From positions 17,506 through 81,505 of IMG/VR virus record IMGVR_UViG_3300005253_000051: DNA of 64,000 nucleotides, one strand, 5' to 3'. Every line of letters starts with the position of its first letter. Within the stretch, counting starts at the first letter, position 1. The translations under genes and the position numbers were made by a program. Under the pieces are notes generated by a model that was not told the origin of the DNA, did not search any database, and worked only from the letters and a program-made list of their open reading frames with translations. This stretch comes from a virus. Below are positions 50,472-60,189 of the stretch, piece after piece.

Positions 50472-50960
50472 CTAATGGCGGCGGCTGTACCAGTAGCCGC
50501 CAGCGACAGTTACTCCGGCCCCGAGCGTAAGCGCGACGATCCAACCCCAAGGGGTTTTTTTCGCGGCGATGCGTTTGTAGGCATCCCAGTGAGAAAGGAG
50601 CGCACGGGTCTCGTTGACGACTACGAAGAGGGAGCTAAGATCAATACCGATTTGCGGGTAGGCTCCCTGCTTGGTCATCGCGGCGATACCGGCACCGGTT
50701 GTAGGTTTAGAGATTAGGATGAGCGACGTAACGGCGTTGTCGAATCGCTCCGCTTCGGTTTTGGATATCGGGATGTAGTTCTCAGGCGAGTCACCAGGGA
50801 AGAGCCATCCTTCGACGGGACCCAGCAACTCGGGGGAGTATAGGGCCTTGAGCCCCTTGCCCTCGTTGATGAGCCTTTGAAACATGACCAGGAATGCGCG
50901 CACGACGCTCTCGGCGGCGGGGCCTGCCATGGAAGGGGGGGCACTAAGAAAGCTCAGCAT
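50472..50960 (-). CDS. Protein with a C-terminal membrane anchor
   Basis: PWGWIVALTLGAGVTVAGGYWYSRRH. Confidence 0.65.
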   Translation of the reverse strand: MLSFLSAPPSMAGPAAESVVRAFLVMFQRLINEGKGLKALYSPELLGPVEGWLFPGDSPENYIPISKTEAERFDNAVTSLILISKPTTGAGIAAMTKQGAYPQIGIDLSSLFVVVNETRALLSHWDAYKRIAAKKTPWGWIVALTLGAGVTVAGGYWYSRRH

Positions 50961-50964
50961 GGGT

Positions 50965-51279
50965 TTAGATTTCCTTCGTTGCTACATCGAATACGAGAAC
51001 CATAGCTAAAATCGCGGCGGTACCAAGTAGGAGAGGAGGCAAGATCCCCCATCCAAACCCGCGGCCAGCACCGCGGCCAGCGGTCTCTGCGACCGCCTCG
51101 ACGGTTGTCGAGAGTCGTTGAGGAAGCGTGTCAAGCACAGTGACTGCTCGATCCGCAATGGCGACGCCGGATTTGGCGGCTTCACTGAGCACTAGAGCAA
51201 CCTGGAGGAGATCAGCGCCGGTGATGTCGAGCTGTCCCAGAGTGCCTCCGAACGGCACTACGTGTGACGACGTGAGCAC
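50965..51279 (-). CDS. Protein with a C-terminal membrane anchor
   Basis: GGTLGQ at the N-terminus and a hydrophobic C-terminus. Confidence 0.6.
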   Translation of the reverse strand: MLTSSHVVPFGGTLGQLDITGADLLQVALVLSEAAKSGVAIADRAVTVLDTLPQRLSTTVEAVAETAGRGAGRGFGWGILPPLLLGTAAILAMVLVFDVATKEI

Positions 51280-51282
51280 AGG

Positions 51283-51591
51283 TCATTTCCACGAGCAGCG
51301 GGCAGTTTTGGCGAGTCGCTTGGCTTTGTTGGCGGCGGCGCGGTATTTGCGGGCGGCGCTTGGTTTGCCGGCGCGCTCGGCTACATCAGCCATTTGTTCC
51401 CCGCGGCGGAAGGCAGATAGGAGTCCCATACAGTCGGGCACGCACGGGCCACGATAAGCCATGACCGGAAATTTCAGCTTGCCAGGCATCAGAAAGGCCC
51501 TGGTTCCGCAGCGCTTTCTCAGATCGCGGCGCTGAAATTTGCCTCGTGGCATCCGCTTAGACCAGCCTATTCGGGTTACTCGTCGTGCCAT
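51283..51591 (-). CDS. Highly basic protein
   Basis: MARRVTRIGWSKRMPRG...CGTRAFL..KFPV; Arg/Lys-rich. Confidence 0.65.
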   Translation of the reverse strand: MARRVTRIGWSKRMPRGKFQRRDLRKRCGTRAFLMPGKLKFPVMAYRGPCVPDCMGLLSAFRRGEQMADVAERAGKPSAARKYRAAANKAKRLAKTARCSWK

Positions 51592-51680
51592 AACTGTGGA
51601 CGATACCATTGAAATCGTTGTACTACTAATGTAGGGCACCGCCCCAGAACCCGGATCGGGTGTAAGATCGGAGAAATCTC

Positions 51681-52574
51681 ATGCTATTTGCTGGAGTATT
51701 CGGAGTAGCACCCGGCGCCCCGACCACACCGGATGGTCTGCGCCCCGGCACGCTGGTTGTTTTGGAGCCTGGTCTTCCTCCCATTCGGCCGCCGAATTAT
51801 CGTCAACTGGCACGAGAGGAAGCGGCACGCGCTCGTGCTGCGTACGATTCTGCGTTGACGAAAGCATTTGCGACTGGAGAACAAGCAGTTAGGTCGGGCG
51901 GAACCGATATTTCCAATGCTTCGGCTGCTGAAGCCGTGGCGGTGGCGCAAGAGGTTCTTTCGTTCGTAGTGAGCGCCGAACAAGCGGCAGCAGCACCCGT
52001 AGTGAATCAAGCCGCCTACGAGAAAGCCAAGGCGCAAGCAAGTGTTGCTGTCCAGAAAAAGAACCGCGTCGATGTACTTTTCGCGATCGCGAAGTCTGAT
52101 GCAGATACGGCCGTCGCTGTCATGAAACTTCGCGTAGACGCCGAGGGCGCAGCTACGAGCGCTGAAGGTAGCGCTGCGGTTGCAAAAACAGCTGCGGGGG
52201 CGGCACAAGACGACGCCAGGATTGCTCTCACGATTCGAGCTGAGACAGCAGCCACCGAGGCCGTCGAGTTTTCAGTAGCGGCAGAAAAAGCAGCTATTGA
52301 GGCTAGAAATTCATCGAATACAGCAACGGCTACCCACTACACCAATGTTGTCCCAATTCAGGTAGCTTCTGCGACCGCAGTCGCGCTCTCGAAAACCGCC
52401 GAGGTGTACGCCATGAAAGCCCGGCTATCGGCGGACGTGGCCGCGGAGGAAGCAGGCAAGGGCTCGCCTCCGAGTGATCTTGACAAGTGGTATACGAAAC
52501 CTTGGGTCTGGGCTGTGATCGGTGGCGGCGTTTTGGTGGTCGGCGGCGGCTCATATTTTGTTTTTCGTCGATAA
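51681..52574 (+). CDS. Ala-rich helical protein with a C-terminal membrane anchor
   Basis: Long Ala-rich helix, then WYTKPWVWAVIGGGVLVVGGGSYFVFRR. Confidence 0.75.
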   Translation: MLFAGVFGVAPGAPTTPDGLRPGTLVVLEPGLPPIRPPNYRQLAREEAARARAAYDSALTKAFATGEQAVRSGGTDISNASAAEAVAVAQEVLSFVVSAEQAAAAPVVNQAAYEKAKAQASVAVQKKNRVDVLFAIAKSDADTAVAVMKLRVDAEGAATSAEGSAAVAKTAAGAAQDDARIALTIRAETAATEAVEFSVAAEKAAIEARNSSNTATATHYTNVVPIQVASATAVALSKTAEVYAMKARLSADVAAEEAGKGSPPSDLDKWYTKPWVWAVIGGGVLVVGGGSYFVFRR

Positions 52575-52588
52575 CTGAGGGATAGAAC

Positions 52589-52948
52589 ATGCTCTACGGA
52601 AACAACTACGGTTTGAGTGTATCGCCATTCGGGGTCGAACAACCTCCTCCAGCGCCTCCGCCTCTGATTCCGCATGAGCGTCAAAGGTTGCAAGGGCTAC
52701 CAAGTCTCAGGGGTTTTGGTCAAGCCGATGAAGTGACGGCCGGGGTCCAGACGGCAATCGCGAAGGGCAAGGTCAAACAGATCGCGGTGGTGGATACAAA
52801 ACCAGCCACGATTTTGGTCATGTCGTTCTCTCAGTTCAAAAAAGAGTTTCTCAAAGCTTGGTACGCCAAGTGGTGGGTGTGGGCGATTGCCGGCAGCGTT
52901 GTTGCCGCGGGCGGCGGCACCTACTTGTACATGCGGAGGCGGCGATGA
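52589..52948 (+). CDS. Membrane-anchored protein
   Basis: WYAKWWVWAIAGSVVAAGGGTYLYMRRRR, homologous to the preceding anchor. Confidence 0.75.
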   Translation: MLYGNNYGLSVSPFGVEQPPPAPPPLIPHERQRLQGLPSLRGFGQADEVTAGVQTAIAKGKVKQIAVVDTKPATILVMSFSQFKKEFLKAWYAKWWVWAIAGSVVAAGGGTYLYMRRRR

Positions 52949-53646
52949 TTCTGGGATCAGAACTGGGGAATTTCGGGCGCACCAAAAAAGAGTGGGAATC
53001 GTACCGAGCTGGGTTGAGCCAGGCAAAGCGGAACATCCTCGACTTGAAAAGAGCGCTTTTCTTTATTTCAGCGCAGACGGGCGAAGGCAAGTTCAATCCA
53101 CAGTTTACTGAGAACGAGTACGATCTAGACGCCGAGTTTAGTCTCGATTTGACCCATGCCATCGTCGAGCTAGCCGATGCGGTCTTGAAAAAGATCGGCG
53201 TCACCGACGAAGTGCCTGGGCTCAACACGTTGCTCAGCATCGCATCGCATCGCGCTGTTGTGGCCGGCTTATATTCGGCTCAAAAAAGCGAGATCGATGG
53301 GTACATTCAACGGCTCGCCAACTCAGTCACCGGGTACACCAACAAGGTGCTCAACTTTATCGACGACGTTCGAGACAGAGTTGGGAACTGGACCGGCAAA
53401 TTGAGCATTGCTGATTTGAAAGCTGTCTTTTATTTCATCATCAAGGGTGGTTCGGTGCCGCCTGTTCCAAGTTTGGGCGAGCGTGGACCCACGGTTCCGG
53501 CCCCGTTGCCTTGGGTGACCGTGACACCTAAGTTCCCTGGACTGTTGCCGGTTAGCCCTGAGCGGGTAGTAGTAGGTTATCCAGTGGATTCTTTCACGGT
53601 CCACGATCCAGCGATCAACAAGTGGCGAGTGTTCGTCCGCGCTTAG
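52945..53646 (+). CDS. Putative virion protein, paralog of the next gene
   Basis: Similar helical layout and C-terminal YPVDSFTVHDPAINKWRVFV. Confidence 0.7.
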   Translation: MILGSELGNFGRTKKEWESYRAGLSQAKRNILDLKRALFFISAQTGEGKFNPQFTENEYDLDAEFSLDLTHAIVELADAVLKKIGVTDEVPGLNTLLSIASHRAVVAGLYSAQKSEIDGYIQRLANSVTGYTNKVLNFIDDVRDRVGNWTGKLSIADLKAVFYFIIKGGSVPPVPSLGERGPTVPAPLPWVTVTPKFPGLLPVSPERVVVGYPVDSFTVHDPAINKWRVFVRA

Positions 53647-53652
53647 GGCCCT

Positions 53653-54267
53653 GTGTCGGCGACTGTTTCTACGCTTCAGAAAGCGCTCACGGAGGTGAGT
53701 CGCTGGATGCAGCGCGGCGAGTACAACCCCGGGCGCACCGACGGTACGGTGGACATCTGGACGGCGAACGCAGTGCTAAACGTGATCGCTGATGCGCTTG
53801 AAAAGATTCCCAAGTTCAAGGATCTGATCGATGGGCTCGGCATTGCCTGGGACTTGTTGACATCGCGAACTGGGATTTTAACTGCGTGGATCGCATTTGA
53901 GGGGCAGATCATAACCGCGATCGACCATATTGCTGATGCTCTCGCGCCGCTTTTGAAGGGCATCGTCGAAGTGCTCACGCGGATGCGCCAGGAAATGAAT
54001 AATTTCGACGTCGAGCTTTCTCTTGACGACATCGTGCGCGCGGCCAAATACGTGCTCGGGATGCTGAGCGCGCCGCCAGCGCCGTCCGAGCTAGTGGAGG
54101 AAGAACCGATAGTCGTAGGACCACCCGGAACCGCACAGCCCGACGAGATTTCGAAGCAAGTCCGAGAACAGTTGGCTAAAAAACTCAAAGTCGAGCTGTT
54201 CCCTGAGACGGCGTTCGCTGTCTACAATCCTACCCAGAAGAGCTACCACGTTCTGGTGTCCGCATGA
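53653..54267 (+). CDS. Protein with an N-terminal peptidoglycan-binding-like domain
   Basis: VSTLQKAL...YNPGRTDGTVDIWTANAV resembles PG_binding_1. Confidence 0.6.
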   Translation: MSATVSTLQKALTEVSRWMQRGEYNPGRTDGTVDIWTANAVLNVIADALEKIPKFKDLIDGLGIAWDLLTSRTGILTAWIAFEGQIITAIDHIADALAPLLKGIVEVLTRMRQEMNNFDVELSLDDIVRAAKYVLGMLSAPPAPSELVEEEPIVVGPPGTAQPDEISKQVREQLAKKLKVELFPETAFAVYNPTQKSYHVLVSA

Positions 54268-55229
54268 GACCCATGGTCACGACCATGACGCTGCCTACGG
54301 GCGTGGTGGTAAAGGTCGAATCACCTAACGCTGTTGTCCGGGGCACGTTCACAGCTTTCGGCAAAACTATTATCAACCCAACGCTCTTTGTTCCATTTTT
54401 GCGTCTTACAGGCGCGATGGAAGAAGGCACCGCGGATCGACAAGAATGGGATCACACCTGGGATCGAACGATCATCAAACGCAACGAAGCGTGTGTGACC
54501 GGCAATGATCAACGCTGTCGAACGTACGAGGTAATACTCGACGGTCTCACCAAAGGCGTGATCCCGTTTGCTCGTTTCACGAATATGTCGGATGGCCGAT
54601 GGTGGGGGAAGTTTTACGATGCGAGCGTTGACACAGTGACGGTTCGACCGTCTCCGACAGAAAAACTCATCAACCTGATCAGCACTTCATCGTCGGCAAC
54701 ATTTCAGGGTGTACTCGGTGACGTTGGCAGTTGGATCTCAGATACGGTGTCGGACATCGGAAGCGCCATCGTCGAGTTTGCAAACCAGGCATGGGATATT
54801 CTTGAAGACGGCATTGAAGCCGCTTGGGAATTTCTCAAAGACGTGCTGGCAGCGCTCCTGGATATCTGCGATCGACTCAAAAAGTACTTGCCGCCGGGGG
54901 AGAAAAAGGACGTTGCTCTCGCTGCGTTGTCGGTGGTGGCGCCTGGCGTTGGATCGACAGTGGCCGGCGCTATCGCGTTGGCCGAGAAGATTTGCAACGC
55001 AATCGCGGTGATTGCGTTTGCTACGCAAGGGCCATTGCCTCCACCCCCGCTGAATCCTCAAGGACGCCAAGATGCTGAAGATGAGGACAAATTCATCAGG
55101 ATGGTTTCGGTAGTGATGGAGGTTAGGCCGCCCGTCGAACCTGAGCCTGAGCGGGTGGTGTATCCTCCAGGGAGTTTCAGCGTCTACAATCCGTACACTC
55201 AGCGTTATCACATCTTGGTAGATCTATGA
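54264..55229 (+). CDS. Putative virion or entry protein
   Basis: Amphipathic helices, a hydrophobic segment and C-terminal YPPGSFSVYNPYTQRYHILV. Confidence 0.65.
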   Translation: MRPMVTTMTLPTGVVVKVESPNAVVRGTFTAFGKTIINPTLFVPFLRLTGAMEEGTADRQEWDHTWDRTIIKRNEACVTGNDQRCRTYEVILDGLTKGVIPFARFTNMSDGRWWGKFYDASVDTVTVRPSPTEKLINLISTSSSATFQGVLGDVGSWISDTVSDIGSAIVEFANQAWDILEDGIEAAWEFLKDVLAALLDICDRLKKYLPPGEKKDVALAALSVVAPGVGSTVAGAIALAEKICNAIAVIAFATQGPLPPPPLNPQGRQDAEDEDKFIRMVSVVMEVRPPVEPEPERVVYPPGSFSVYNPYTQRYHILVDL

Positions 55230-55374
55230 GCAAGTATGTCCTTCAGGGAGCCAATGGCAGCGAGATGCCTTCAAAATCTCGACTCTGTCTACAATCCAGT
55301 GCTATCACACGGATCTAGACGCCGACTGTGTTCTTGGTCTAAGCTAAGTCCTATACCTCCAAGGAGAAACCCTC

Positions 55375-55770
55375 ATGTTGCAAGCAGCTTACACGCAGTA
55401 CTCAGATCCGTCGGTGCCGCCCCAGGCGATTCCGCACAACATTCCGCAGACCCCGTGGTCGCAGTTGTATCGATCGGCTCCGGGTGCGCAGATTCCATCC
55501 ACGATGCTTCCCCAGCTCAGTGGTCCGTCTCCGATTCAGTTTCAGGGCGCGCTCGGCCAGCCGACCCGCGGAGGCGTGACTCTTGTCGGTCTTGGTCAAG
55601 AGCCGGCGATCGGTCCCAAGACGTTGCTCTTGCTCAATGCGGTCATCGCGGCCGGAGTGGGCGTGGCTCTGGCGTACACCATGCAAAGCGATCGGCCAGC
55701 TTTGTGGACCGCCGCTCTGTTCGGTAGTGTATCGGTGGCCAGTGGTGCTCTCTGGATGAGCGCGAAGTAG
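55375..55770 (+). CDS. Membrane protein
   Basis: AGGAG RBS, Pro/Gln-rich N-terminus, GALGQ and GLGQ, two transmembrane helices. Confidence 0.7.
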   Translation: MLQAAYTQYSDPSVPPQAIPHNIPQTPWSQLYRSAPGAQIPSTMLPQLSGPSPIQFQGALGQPTRGGVTLVGLGQEPAIGPKTLLLLNAVIAAGVGVALAYTMQSDRPALWTAALFGSVSVASGALWMSAK

Positions 55771-55771
55771 G

Positions 55772-56062
55772 ATGTTGGTCGCGGTTCCCCTCGGAGGTTT
55801 TCGAGAGGACGCCATCGATGTCCTCTCGATAGTAGTCGGTGATGCTCAAGCCCAGAACTTCGTTTCTGGGCTTGAGCGACATATTCGAGCAGAGGCAAAA
55901 AGGGGTGCGGAGCAAGCCGCCCCGACGATCGAGGCAAGAGTACGTAAAGCCGCCAAAGACGCGGTGAAACCGTACGTGATTGCGTCCTTGATCATCGGTG
56001 GTCTCGGTGCGGTTGTCGGAGGTTGGGCGCTCGTTCGCTCGTACAGTCGGTACAGGAGATGA
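55772..56062 (+). CDS. Membrane-anchored protein
   Basis: C-terminal transmembrane helix and basic tail. Confidence 0.65.
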   Translation: MLVAVPLGGFREDAIDVLSIVVGDAQAQNFVSGLERHIRAEAKRGAEQAAPTIEARVRKAAKDAVKPYVIASLIIGGLGAVVGGWALVRSYSRYRR

Positions 56063-56063
56063 C

Positions 56064-56648
56064 ATGATCCATGCAGACATGAGGGGATACGTAGGGGTCG
56101 CTCCTGGAACGACGACGTTCACTCTGGGCAAACCGCCGCTGTACGCGCGGATGCCGCAACATCCGACGCAGGCGTGGCTCATCCCACAGGACGCCTACAG
56201 CCAGCAGCAGAAGATCGCTGTTCCGCCGAACCAGATGATCCCGCGCGAAGGCGCGCATATTCCGATCCCGGCGTACCCGACCCAAGCGTATGTGGACTGG
56301 CCGATGGTCAACGACCGGGTGCGGATGGCGATTCCGCCGAACCAGCACTACGTCGGCCCGCAGACGATCAAGGTTCACGTGCCGCCGGTACAGCACACGT
56401 TCGGCCCTTTTCCGAACGACTACATGCTGTCGAAGATCAGTCCGTACCGCGGAGGGTATTTGCCCTATTTCAAGGGCTGGATTTCGGGTCTCGACAAAGA
56501 CGGCAAGTTGGTCACGATTTTCACCCTCGCCGGGCCCGAAGAGGAAGAGAAGGCTGCGAAGCGCTGGGGACGTGCGGCGGGGATCGTGGTTCTTCTAGGA
56601 ATCACCGCGACGGCGGCAGCTGTTGCGATTGCTTGTTTGGCAAAGTGA
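56064..56648 (+). CDS. Pro-rich repeat protein with a C-terminal anchor
   Basis: GYVGVAPGTTT N-terminus shared with the 60920 protein; two PTQA...IA(V/I)PPNQ-like repeats. Confidence 0.7.
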   Translation: MIHADMRGYVGVAPGTTTFTLGKPPLYARMPQHPTQAWLIPQDAYSQQQKIAVPPNQMIPREGAHIPIPAYPTQAYVDWPMVNDRVRMAIPPNQHYVGPQTIKVHVPPVQHTFGPFPNDYMLSKISPYRGGYLPYFKGWISGLDKDGKLVTIFTLAGPEEEEKAAKRWGRAAGIVVLLGITATAAAVAIACLAK

Positions 56649-57004
56649 GATGTTGAATTCTTATCCACAGTTTTCTTGTAGTTGGTGCCGCTATCGATAT
56701 GGCATCGACCCCTACCTCTTCACGTACTGCAATTCATGCAGCCGCCGATTGGATCGAGCGCATCGTGAGCGTGTACACATGCGCGACGCAAGTGCTGCTG
56801 CGATTGCACGTTTGGCAGCAAAGTGAATCGATCATTACAATGTCCACCATGCCCTCCGTGCTCACGGCAGCTAGAAAATCCAGGGGAGCACGCCGCTCGA
56901 AACTGGGCGATTTTGGCATCGGTTGTGAGTGTTTTGGCACTCGGTACTTCGACAGTGATCGGGGTCCTAGAGTTTCGTCGGCATAGGGCGAGGGAAAAAG
57001 AAAA

Positions 57005-57256
57005 GTGATCAACAAGGCCCCCGTTGATCGATTCACGTTGGCGCATGGGGGCGTCGGTGCTGTCTACGGGCTTGTTCGTTTTCCGTGGTGGGTTGCTCTC
57101 ACGCTCGGAGTCGGCTGGGAACTTGTCGAAATCGAACTAAAGAAACGAATACCGATCATTTTCCCGCACGCGAGCCAAGACACCCTACCGAATGCGACGA
57201 TAGACGTAATCGCGGTCATGATAGGATGGGTTGTCGGTCGGAAAATACGAGGATAA
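57005..57256 (+). CDS. Small membrane protein
   Basis: DRFTLAH...GWELVE...NATID hydrophobic pattern. Confidence 0.6.
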   Translation: MINKAPVDRFTLAHGGVGAVYGLVRFPWWVALTLGVGWELVEIELKKRIPIIFPHASQDTLPNATIDVIAVMIGWVVGRKIRG

Positions 57257-57422
57257 ACATGGCACAACGAAAATCGTGTCCACGGTATACGGTAGAGGCA
57301 GGGCGGATGATCTATCGCAACGGGGAACCGTTCATTGGTGTGACACGCGAGGGAAGTACGAGACCTGTTGATGCGGACGCGATGACGCGTAAAATTGCTC
57401 GTCATCTCAACAAGCAATGTAA

Positions 57423-58187
57423 ATGAAAGCCAGTAAAACAGAGATCGCGCTGTACGCTCTCTCGGGTGTGTCGTTGATTGGGGCCGTGATCACGTATTTC
57501 AACCAGCGCAAAAAGCCCGCTGAAGATCGCTTCTACGCTCCGATGTTCGCGCTCAGTGGCGGCTTGCTCGTCGGCGCCGGTGCTATGTCGTACAAGCGCA
57601 TGAGCAGTCGCGCGCTCGCGGGCGGCCTCGGGCTCACGAACGACTCGACGCACTACAACAACGGCATGACGCTGCGCACGTGGTCGGATCCCGAGATGGA
57701 CGTCTACTCGCGAGTCGAATTGCTACAAGGTCTCGTGGCATCGTCGAACAAGGATCCGCTCGTCCGCAAAAAGGCACTCGCGGTCACGCACACGTGCCCG
57801 GCACGCGATGATGCATGCGAATTGTCGGCAATCTTCGAGCACAACTCTGATCCTGAAAATGTTCGCTACACTGGTGACATCGGCGCACATGTGCTCGTGC
57901 CCGGTGGTGAGCCCGAAGCCGTGGACACGTTCCAGACGGCGAAGCGCACGCTCGAATTCCGCGGTGGTGACTGCGACGATCATGCCGTGTTGAACGCGAC
58001 CATGGCATCGCAAAACGGTTTTGATACCAAGTTCCGCATCACCAGCAACACCGGCGCGACCTGGGATCACATCTATGCCATGGCGCGCCGCAACGGTGGC
58101 AAGTGGCGCGCGCTCGATACAACACTCGGCCCCGGAAAGTTCGGCAAGGAGCCACGGCAGGCGAAGCACCTCGACTTCCCCGCATAG
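57423..58187 (+). CDS. Transglutaminase-like (Cys-His-Asp) enzyme with N-terminal transmembrane helices
   Basis: VRYTGD, GDCDD (Cys), HIY (His) and WRALDTT (Asp). Confidence 0.88.
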   Translation: MKASKTEIALYALSGVSLIGAVITYFNQRKKPAEDRFYAPMFALSGGLLVGAGAMSYKRMSSRALAGGLGLTNDSTHYNNGMTLRTWSDPEMDVYSRVELLQGLVASSNKDPLVRKKALAVTHTCPARDDACELSAIFEHNSDPENVRYTGDIGAHVLVPGGEPEAVDTFQTAKRTLEFRGGDCDDHAVLNATMASQNGFDTKFRITSNTGATWDHIYAMARRNGGKWRALDTTLGPGKFGKEPRQAKHLDFPA

Positions 58188-58195
58188 GAGACACC

Positions 58196-58756
58196 ATGCT
58201 CTTTGGACAAGTCGATTGCCCTTCTGGATTTCACTGGGACTCAATTGAAGGCCAGTGCGTTGCAGGTCGAGCGCGGCCTGTTTTTACGACCATGCGGCCG
58301 GATATCGTCGATGTCATTCCGGCGCCGCCACCGGCACCACCGACGCCTATTGCACCGACCATTGTACGGCTTCCTCGTCAAGAGTTGCGTCCAGAACGCC
58401 CCGGTTGGAAGTGGTGGTACTGGCTTTTGCTTGCTGGCGGCGTGGGCGGTACGGGCGCATTGCTTTACTACGGACTCAAGCGTAAACGTCCTACAAGTGC
58501 GAATCTACGTGGGGGTCGTAAACGTAAACTATTACTTCCTAGGTATAGTGAGCGGAAAGGGTGGTATGGAGGTTCCAAAAACACACTTTTCGTTTTTACC
58601 GATAAGCGTACGGGGAGTTCTGTTGTACGGCCTGTTTATGATGCCAGAGGCATTGGTCCAGCAGCAGCAGTACGTGTAGCTACACGCGCTGAAGCCGAAA
58701 AAGAATGGCAGTCTCCTTTACGTGCTGGATGGCAAACTCTTGGTCGTAGGCGTTAG
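58196..58756 (+). CDS. Membrane protein with a basic C-terminal region
   Basis: AGGAG RBS, CPSGFHWD..C, Pro-rich linker, transmembrane helix and KRKR. Confidence 0.65.
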   Translation: MLFGQVDCPSGFHWDSIEGQCVAGRARPVFTTMRPDIVDVIPAPPPAPPTPIAPTIVRLPRQELRPERPGWKWWYWLLLAGGVGGTGALLYYGLKRKRPTSANLRGGRKRKLLLPRYSERKGWYGGSKNTLFVFTDKRTGSSVVRPVYDARGIGPAAAVRVATRAEAEKEWQSPLRAGWQTLGRRR

Positions 58757-59334
58757 GTGATTCCCAACTCGGCGCGCGCCTGCTGGTGAGCTGCGTTGAT
58801 CGCCTTGAACATCTCTTCGTCGCCGCCGTGATCCGGGTGGTGTTTCCTCGATAATTTATGGAACGCCTCTTTGACTTCTTCGCGTGTCGCGTCCGGCGGC
58901 AACCGCAAGATCGACCACCACGTTTTTTCGTGACCTTTGCTCGTCTGCTGGAACGGCAAGAACGCATCTTGCCAGCGCATCAGCCCGTGCTTGACTGCTT
59001 GGTCTAACGATTCGAGCATGAGCGAGATGATGCGTAGATTGCCTTGTGCCGATGTCGCGCGGGTGGTTCGGATCGAGTACCGGATTTTTTCGTAGGTGAA
59101 ATCGACGTTGGCGCTGCTGTCGTCGGAGTGGATCACGAACGGAATCGGCACGTGCTTCAGCACGTAGTAACCGGGTTTGTTGTTACCAGGAGGGTCCGTG
59201 ATCCATACCGAGTCTGGATCTTCTTCGACCGAGGGGAAAAAGCGCTGTCCTCCCAGGCTGTTCATGAGAGCTGAAATTCTGCCCTCAGGATCGATGAGGC
59301 TCGTCCCGAGTTTACTCACCCATTCAGAAATCAT
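58753..59334 (-). CDS. DnaJ (J-domain) protein
   Basis: WWSILRL...VKEAFHKLSRKHHPDHGG. Confidence 0.88.
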   Translation of the reverse strand: MISEWVSKLGTSLIDPEGRISALMNSLGGQRFFPSVEEDPDSVWITDPPGNNKPGYYVLKHVPIPFVIHSDDSSANVDFTYEKIRYSIRTTRATSAQGNLRIISLMLESLDQAVKHGLMRWQDAFLPFQQTSKGHEKTWWSILRLPPDATREEVKEAFHKLSRKHHPDHGGDEEMFKAINAAHQQARAELGIT

Positions 59335-59537
59335 CAGATTCCCCCGGGTACTTGTTTGTCGAGCAAACGACGGACATATGCTGCTACCGAAATTGATTCG
59401 GAGTCGGCTAAGTTTTCGATCCGCTGTTTTAAGTTCGCGCTCACTGAGGTCTCGATACGCTCGGGGAATTTAGTTTGTCGAGTTCGCTTTTTTACCACCG
59501 CGTGGATCCTCAGTTTGAGGGGTTGTCTCTTAAACAT
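59334..59537 (-). CDS. Ribbon-helix-helix regulator
   Basis: RIETSVSANLKQRIENLADSESISVAAYVRRLL. Confidence 0.75.
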   Translation of the reverse strand: MFKRQPLKLRIHAVVKKRTRQTKFPERIETSVSANLKQRIENLADSESISVAAYVRRLLDKQVPGGI

Positions 59538-59557
59538 AGGGACTGAACCCTCTTATC

Positions 59558-59616
59558 TTACCTCAGAGCACCGGGGAGTTACCTCATGCTAAAGTAACTT
59601 TCCTCAATTTCCCTCA
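59558..59616. promoter_or_regulatory. Phased TTNCCTCA repeats in a divergent intergenic region
   Basis: TTACCTCA at 59558 and 59579, TTTCCTCA at 59599 and TTCCCTCA at 59609. Confidence 0.55.
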
Positions 59617-59679
59617 AAACAAGAGTAATTTCAATAGGTTTGGTTTGACAGCAAATAAGAAGTAGGGCCAACTAAGAAC

Positions 59680-59988
59680 ATGATGAGCGCCGCGATCATG
59701 ACTCGCCCCGACGACGTATATCGCACGGGCGTGATTCAGCCGTACAACATCATGACGCGCACTGCCGGCCAGCAAGCGCAGGACTCCATCAGCCGGTTCA
59801 TCCAAGTTGCTCGCCCTCACGGTGCTTACGTCGGCCTCGACGGAGCTGGTTTTGGTCTTGTAACCCCCGAAGTGATCCGCACTCTCGGTGCCGAAAACGA
59901 TGAGGACAAGACGAACAGATACTACTGGGCAGCCGGTGGTGTGCTTCTCGGCTTGCTCGGCGGCGTTCTCATCGGAAGGGCGCTGTAG
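59680..59988 (+). CDS. Membrane-anchored protein
   Basis: C-terminal transmembrane helix. Confidence 0.7.
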   Translation: MMSAAIMTRPDDVYRTGVIQPYNIMTRTAGQQAQDSISRFIQVARPHGAYVGLDGAGFGLVTPEVIRTLGAENDEDKTNRYYWAAGGVLLGLLGGVLIGRAL

Positions 59989-59999
59989 GAATCGGTGTC

Positions 60000-60185
60000 G
60001 TGCCTAGCGTTTACACCATTTCCGGCGCTTCTCAGAATGCACACGCCTTCCAGATCTCGACGCTAACAGGGGCGGAAGATGAAATTGATCGAGTCAAAAG
60101 ACAAAGCTGGTACATCGCTGGAGGTAGTGCGGTTATCGGCATTCTCATCGGAGTTTTTGTCGGCATCGCGGTGAAGGGGTCCTAA
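60000..60185 (+). CDS. Small membrane-anchored protein
   Basis: Shares MPxVYTISG with the next gene; C-terminal transmembrane helix. Confidence 0.65.
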   Translation: MPSVYTISGASQNAHAFQISTLTGAEDEIDRVKRQSWYIAGGSAVIGILIGVFVGIAVKGS

Positions 60186-60189
60186 CTCG

